This document shows positions 19,151-24,000 of a stretch of DNA of 24,000 nucleotides, piece by piece. The translations under genes were made by a program, and so were the position numbers. The first letter of the stretch is position 1; every line of letters begins with the position of its first letter. The notes below the pieces were generated by a model. That model saw only the letters and a program-made list of their open reading frames with translations, made no database searches and was not told the DNA's origin. The DNA comes from Brochothrix thermosphacta DSM 20171 = FSL F6-1036 (GTDB lineage Bacteria > Bacillota > Bacilli > Lactobacillales > Listeriaceae). The stretch spans positions 2,290,285 through 2,314,284 of the forward strand of contig NZ_CP145608.1 of NCBI RefSeq assembly GCF_036884295.1, read 5' to 3'.

Positions 19151-19182
19151 AAAAACACGGTACATTCACTGACCATGTTTTT
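19151..19182. terminator. Bidirectional terminator between the HAD/GIY-YIG unit and the convergent response-regulator gene
   Basis: AAACACGGT-ACATTCACTG-ACCATGTTT has one mismatch and is flanked by an A-run on the left and TTTTT on the right. Confidence 0.6.
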
Positions 19183-19244
19183 GCGCGTTGTGAAATTATT
19201 ATAAAGATACATTCGGCTATTTTGTTCAACTATATTAGTTTTAT

Positions 19245-20063
19245 CTAACATTCTTTAGTGACCTTCGATTTGTTATTATTTTTAGCATATTGCATAAACT
19301 CGCTAGGCAGTATATGTGTGTATTTTTTAAAGATATCAATAAAGTAGCGATAATTGCTGAATCCGACATCCAATGCAATTGTACTGATTTTATCTTCACC
19401 TTTTTCTAATAATAAGATTGCCTGTGAAATACGATACCGATTGAGATAATCATTAAAAGTGTAGCCCGTAATTGCCTTGAATTTTTGATTAAGATACGTT
19501 TTACTTCTTCCCAGTTCATCAGCAATATCTTGCACGCTGATTTTTTCATCATAACGCTCTTCAATCAAAGCTAATAATGCTCTGATACTTTTTGATGGCT
19601 GTACGGCTGCCTCTGTCTGTTTAAAGACAAATAATTCACGTTCACTTACTTCATGAATCTTTTCTTTAAACGTTTGATATTGACGTTTTAGCAATAGAGA
19701 TTCCTTACAACGGTGGAGTGCCTGTATTAATTCCTCATGATCTAATGGTTTTAAAAGATAGTCTGTCACACCATACTTAATCGCTTGCTTAGCCTTTTCA
19801 AAATCGTTGTAACCTGAAATAATAATCGTCGCAAACACTTGTTTTTCTATTTGGCAACGTTGTAATACTTCAAGACCATTCAACAATGGCATGTTGATAT
19901 CCAATAAAACGATATCTGGTGCCAATGTCTTTATTTGACTAACTGCCATTTCACCATCACTCGCTTCACCAACAATACGACAGTCTATTTTAGCCCAATT
20001 AATACTCATTTTAACACCTTCGCGCATAATATCTTCGTCTTCAATCAGCAACACTTTATACAT
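19245..20063 (-). CDS. Two-component response regulator, receiver plus AraC-type HTH (YesN-like)
   Basis: The receiver domain reads MYKVLLIEDED…DIVLLDINMP…KPL. The C-terminal AraC/XylS HTH reads ISVQDIADELGRSKTYLNQKFK…GFSNYRYFIDIFKK. I call the ATG at 20061-20063, which overlaps the kinase stop as ATGTATAA. The 17-codon extension in the track has no receiver homology. Confidence 0.88.
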   Translation of the reverse strand: MYKVLLIEDEDIMREGVKMSINWAKIDCRIVGEASDGEMAVSQIKTLAPDIVLLDINMPLLNGLEVLQRCQIEKQVFATIIISGYNDFEKAKQAIKYGVTDYLLKPLDHEELIQALHRCKESLLLKRQYQTFKEKIHEVSERELFVFKQTEAAVQPSKSIRALLALIEERYDEKISVQDIADELGRSKTYLNQKFKAITGYTFNDYLNRYRISQAILLLEKGEDKISTIALDVGFSNYRYFIDIFKKYTHILPSEFMQYAKNNNKSKVTKEC

Positions 20064-21750
20064 GCTTTTCACCCTTTGCGATTGGCAATACGAGTCGAAC
20101 ACTAGTCCCTTCACCTAATTGGGATTGTATCGTTAATCCATAGTTTTCACCGTGAAGTAAGACTATTTTACGATGGGTATTATACACTCCGATTCGATCG
20201 CCATTATTTAGTGGTTCATGTAACGTTTCAGTGATTTCACGTAGCTTTTCAGGTGCAATCCCATGGCCATTATCGACAACAAGTAAATGTAATTCCTCAC
20301 CTACTTGCTCAACCGTAATCGTAATCATCAATTGAAGTTGCTTTTCATAACCGTATTTTATAGCATTTTCAACTAACGGTTGTAATAATAGTTTTGGAAT
20401 TTCAATATCATGCAAATCGTCTGGAAGATTTACTTTATAGTGTAAACGATCATTATAGCGGTAGGCGTGTAATTTCAAATAATCTGCGATGTAATCCATA
20501 TCTTTTTTCAATGTCGCATGCTGTTCACCTTGATTAATACTATATCGTAAAATGCGTGACAAAGTCAGAATAATACGCTGCGCTTTTTCTTCATCTACTC
20601 TCATAGTATAACGAATCGTTTCAAGCATGTTAAAAAGAAAATGGGGATTGAATTGACTTTGAAGAAATCTAATTTCATCTCGTTGCAAAATATATGTGAG
20701 TTCCTGGTTGCGTAATAACAATAAATCAAGGCTTTTCAACATCTCGTTGTAACGATGCGCTAACTTTTCAAATTCATCACCTGTAGGTATTTCTACATAA
20801 TTATTCAATTCACCACTTTTCAAATGATCCAGCGCATTCATCATTGTATTGAGCGCCATCGAGTGTTGGACTGACATTCTTCTAGATAAATAATGGAGCA
20901 AAATAAATAGTACGCCACTTGAAATTGTGGTAAACAGTACATAAAAAATAAATAACTCCTGATAATTAGGGCTAGCAATTAAGGAATACACCCGAAGCGG
21001 ATAGGCCATCGCAACTTGTTCATTCATATAATAGGCTTTATTTCCCAGTTGAACGCGTTGTCCGTGTTCTCGTTTATACGTGAATTTCCCCATTAAACCT
21101 TTGACACTATTACTGTTTGAGACAATCACACGATCATATTTATCTGTTACAACTAACACATCCGCTTTGTTGCCAAAAAACATGCGTTGAAAATCCTCAT
21201 CTTTCAATCGTACAACGAGATAACCAATAATTTCACCTTGATCTTTTACTGCTTGTGAAAGTAATAACACGGTCTTTTTATTGTGTGCTAAATTTTTTGT
21301 TTCCGCTTCAATTATCAATTGATCAGAGCGAGACCATCGCTTCAGTCGATAACTAGATATATCTAAGGACGTGCTATCTTCTAACATGGCTGAAGATAAA
21401 CCTTGTCCTTGAGAATCAACTAATTGAAAAACACTTTGAACTTGTTGTTGGCTATTGAACGCATAAAAAGCGGCAAAAACCTTGTTGCTGTGCTGCTTAT
21501 ATTTCAGATAATTGATAACTGCTTGATTTTTAGCTAATTCATCAAACCCAGTTTCATAATTCCGGAGCACTTTACTAATATCTGCTACTGTTGTTTCACC
21601 CACTTTTTCAGCATCATGACTTACTTTCCAAGCAGAGAAGCTAAAAAGTCCAATGCCAAAAACAATAAACAAAAAGATAATCGGGATCAGTGTATATTTT
21701 AAAAATAGTACACGTGTCTGTTCTTTAAAATTACGTACCTTTTTCGACAT
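20056..21750 (-). CDS. Sensor histidine kinase, YesM/LytS-type (His_kinase plus HATPase_c) with a large extracytoplasmic domain
   Basis: There are two TM segments (about aa 20-42 and 265-290) bracketing a sensor domain of about 220 aa. A HAMP-like linker follows, then the H-box LQSQFNPHFLFNMLE and ATPase motifs VENAIKYG and DNGHGI. I call the ATG at 21748-21750, with AGGGG 8 nt upstream. The first M in the track is GTG. Confidence 0.88.
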   Translation of the reverse strand: MSKKVRNFKEQTRVLFLKYTLIPIIFLFIVFGIGLFSFSAWKVSHDAEKVGETTVADISKVLRNYETGFDELAKNQAVINYLKYKQHSNKVFAAFYAFNSQQQVQSVFQLVDSQGQGLSSAMLEDSTSLDISSYRLKRWSRSDQLIIEAETKNLAHNKKTVLLLSQAVKDQGEIIGYLVVRLKDEDFQRMFFGNKADVLVVTDKYDRVIVSNSNSVKGLMGKFTYKREHGQRVQLGNKAYYMNEQVAMAYPLRVYSLIASPNYQELFIFYVLFTTISSGVLFILLHYLSRRMSVQHSMALNTMMNALDHLKSGELNNYVEIPTGDEFEKLAHRYNEMLKSLDLLLLRNQELTYILQRDEIRFLQSQFNPHFLFNMLETIRYTMRVDEEKAQRIILTLSRILRYSINQGEQHATLKKDMDYIADYLKLHAYRYNDRLHYKVNLPDDLHDIEIPKLLLQPLVENAIKYGYEKQLQLMITITVEQVGEELHLLVVDNGHGIAPEKLREITETLHEPLNNGDRIGVYNTHRKIVLLHGENYGLTIQSQLGEGTSVRLVLPIAKGEKHV

Positions 21751-21768
21751 CACTGATTCCCCTTTAAA

Positions 21769-23424
21769 TTACATTGATATCTCTTTTTTACCAGTTAACT
21801 TGAAGAAAATCAATAGCGAAATTACTGTAATGGCTGTCAATATCGTTGATAACGCTGCAGCTGTACCATAGTTTCCTCGAATAACTTCTGTATAAATAGC
21901 GACTGACATCGTACGCGTACCGGATGTATACAAAATAATCGTCGTGCTCAATTCTGTAATAATAGTCACCCAACTTAAAATTGCCCCGGAAATAACACCT
22001 GGAAGCATCATTGGAAACGTAACTTTAAAGAATGTTTTGAGATTTGAAGCTCCTAAACTGGTTGCAGCTTCTTCAATACTAGGGCTAATTTGATGTACAA
22101 TTGCTGCACTCGACCTTATGGTATAAGGCAAGCGTCGAATCACAAATGAGATAATTAAAATCATCGCTGTCCCGCTTAATAATAGTGGTGGTTTATTAAA
22201 CGTTAGTAACAAGGCGATACCCATTACCGACCCCGGTACAATATAAGGAATCATTGAAACCACATCGAGTGAGTTTGTTAAAACATTGCGTCGTCTCACT
22301 GTTACATAAGCGATTAGTACAGCAATTAAAATAACAAAAATAATCGCAACAACGGCTAATGAGAATGTATTTTTAATTGCATCACCCGAACGATCCAGTG
22401 CGAGTTTAAAGCTATCTAACGAGTAACCTTTTACAAATATACGGCCTGACGTTTTAAGGAATGCTGTATAAATGACTGTTAGTTGCGGGGCAATTGCTGC
22501 AATAATAAAACCGTAAATATAAACATGAGCTAAAATGCTTTTCCAACCGGTTACTTTCTTGGCTTCAATTGGATGCAGAGCACTCATCGAGAATGATTTT
22601 CTATTTGTAATGTACTTCTGAATTAAGAATATTGTGATAGCAAAGATGATAACAATGATACTAATGGCCGCTGCAAACCCATCATCGCCACCCATTTCAC
22701 TGATAAATTCATTGAAGATCAACACAGGGATTGTACGGTATCCCTCACCAATTAACATCGGTGTCCCAAAATCTGCCAATGCGCGCATAAATACCAACAA
22801 GGCTCCTGCTAATAAGGTTGGTAATATCAATGGGAAAATTATTTTCCACATTTTACGTAATCCTGTACATCCCATACTTTCTGCGGCTTCGATAATTGAA
22901 TTGTCGATACTCTTTAACGCGCCCATTAAATACATATACACCAAAGGCACAAGTTGTAATGTTAATACCAAGACAATACCGACAAAACCATAGATATCCG
23001 GCGTCTGAATGCCAAATACATTGGATAAAAACTTAGTAACCGCACCGTTACGACCCAACAGTAAAATCCAAGAATACGCACCGATAAACGGTGGTGCCAT
23101 TGAAGATACTAAAATCAAAATTTGAAGATAGACCTTCCCTTTAATCTTGATTGTTGTCATTAAGTAAGCTAATGGCGTTGCTAAAATAACGGATAATAAT
23201 GTGACAGAAACAGTCACTTTAACACTATTGAATAATGCATCATAATAATAATTAGCTCCAAAAAACTTTGAAAAATAAGCCAGTGAAAAACCACCACTTG
23301 TCCCATCGGAAAAACCAGCCTTAAGCAATGTAAACAACGGGAACACAAGCATCACAAAGTAAAGTAATAAAATACCAATCGTTACATAAGTCCAGATATC
23401 TTTCTTCCTGCCTTTATTGAACAT
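21769..23424 (-). CDS. ABC importer permease, fused double-domain type (FbpB/ThiP/Fe3+-type, about 12 TM)
   Basis: 551 aa containing two tandem permease modules. Each has an EAA-like loop ([18 protein letters not shown] and [19 protein letters not shown]). The start overlaps the ATPase stop by 11 nt, with GGGGTGGTG upstream. Confidence 0.85.
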   Translation of the reverse strand: MFNKGRKKDIWTYVTIGILLLYFVMLVFPLFTLLKAGFSDGTSGGFSLAYFSKFFGANYYYDALFNSVKVTVSVTLLSVILATPLAYLMTTIKIKGKVYLQILILVSSMAPPFIGAYSWILLLGRNGAVTKFLSNVFGIQTPDIYGFVGIVLVLTLQLVPLVYMYLMGALKSIDNSIIEAAESMGCTGLRKMWKIIFPLILPTLLAGALLVFMRALADFGTPMLIGEGYRTIPVLIFNEFISEMGGDDGFAAAISIIVIIFAITIFLIQKYITNRKSFSMSALHPIEAKKVTGWKSILAHVYIYGFIIAAIAPQLTVIYTAFLKTSGRIFVKGYSLDSFKLALDRSGDAIKNTFSLAVVAIIFVILIAVLIAYVTVRRRNVLTNSLDVVSMIPYIVPGSVMGIALLLTFNKPPLLLSGTAMILIISFVIRRLPYTIRSSAAIVHQISPSIEEAATSLGASNLKTFFKVTFPMMLPGVISGAILSWVTIITELSTTIILYTSGTRTMSVAIYTEVIRGNYGTAAALSTILTAITVISLLIFFKLTGKKEISM

Positions 23425-24000
23425 TGTTCACCACCCCTTTTGTGATACTTAATTCTGATTCGTATTCAAATACGTTAATCTTATCTATTTTTATTTTCAG
23501 TCCCACCCAAGTACCTGGTTCAATGATTTGACCAATTGTAGATTCTTGAATGATTTCAACCTGCTCACCATCAACAAGTTGCACATTATAGTGCGTGTTA
23601 AGTCCTAAGAACATATTATTAAGAACTTGTCCGCGAATCCCCTCATTATTTTCAGCAATAATAAACTCTTCGGGTCGGATTGAAATTTTAACCGTTCGTG
23701 TCTCATAATTAGTTGTGTCTAAGCTATTTAAAACCACACGATGGTTATCATCAAATACTAACGTTGCAATCTCACCATTGAATTGCAGCTCACGTTCAAT
23801 AATATTTGTACGCCCTATAAAATTAGCAACAAAGACATTGGCAGGACGATGATAAATGTTTTGTGGCGTTCCAACATGTTGAATTTTACCTAAATTCATG
23901 ACAGCAATTCTATCTGACACGGCCATTGCTTCCTCTTGATCGTGTGTCACATAAAGCGTTGTAATCCCTACTTCTTTTTGAATGTCTCGGATTGCATTAC
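23414..24000 (-). CDS. ABC transporter ATP-binding protein (PotA/FbpC-like with a C-terminal TOBE-type domain), 5' end outside the window
   Basis: The frame stays open to position 24000 (…[62 protein letters not shown]…). This contains the H-loop THDQ and the C-terminal regulatory domain. The GTG-start ORF in the track (23950) is only the tail of this gene. Confidence 0.88.
   Translation of the reverse strand, partial: NAIRDIQKEVGITTLYVTHDQEEAMAVSDRIAVMNLGKIQHVGTPQNIYHRPANVFVANFIGRTNIIERELQFNGEIATLVFDDNHRVVLNSLDTTNYETRTVKISIRPEEFIIAENNEGIRGQVLNNMFLGLNTHYNVQLVDGEQVEIIQESTIGQIIEPGTWVGLKIKIDKINVFEYESELSITKGVVNNVQ

Noticed and set aside
20064-20114. 17-codon N-terminal extension of the response-regulator ORF
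   Set aside because: It lies inside the kinase coding region. Receiver-domain homology begins at MYKVLLIEDE, whose ATG overlaps the kinase stop in the usual coupled arrangement.
21653-22993. ORFs 21653-21871(+), 21788-21973(-) and 22634-22993(+)
   Set aside because: They are antisense or out-of-frame overlaps of the kinase start and the ABC permease, with no independent signals.

Overview
This is a low-GC Firmicute (Bacilli) chromosomal segment, and nearly all genes are on the minus strand. Gene content and the small-RNA architecture suggest a Listeriaceae- or Lactobacillales-like organism, but that is inference only.

Order along the window:
1. A lipoprotein gene truncated by the left window edge and missing from the supplied ORF track.
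2. A five-gene beta-glucoside operon: a LicT/BglG antiterminator, a PTS EIIBCA, a paralogous EIIBC without EIIA, and two GH1 6-phospho-beta-glucosidases. It has two RAT/terminator switches and a cre site over its promoter.
3. A pbuX-type xanthine permease behind a guanine-class purine riboswitch and a PurBox.
4. A butanediol dehydrogenase and a type I L-asparaginase.
5. A second BglG-type antiterminator with its own RAT and EIIBCA gene but no hydrolase.
6. A roughly 0.9 kb non-coding island (16.1-17.0 kb) carrying two sibling copies of a C-rich (UCCC-motif) small RNA.
7. yjdM/phnA, a Cof-type HAD phosphatase and a stand-alone GIY-YIG protein.
8. A repeat-bearing intergenic region.
9. A YesM/YesN-type two-component system directly downstream of an Fe3+/polyamine-type ABC importer, which runs off the right edge.

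I saw no rRNA, tRNA, CRISPR array, transposase, integrase or recognisable defence system.

The most interesting unannotated signal is the pair of LhrC-like sRNA genes and the unexplained spacer between them. Next is the duplicated GGAG-A-rich module with a 32-codon hydrophobic/basic mini-ORF at 18.9-19.1 kb. All coordinates, motifs and translations were read by hand. No database search or folding calculation was run.
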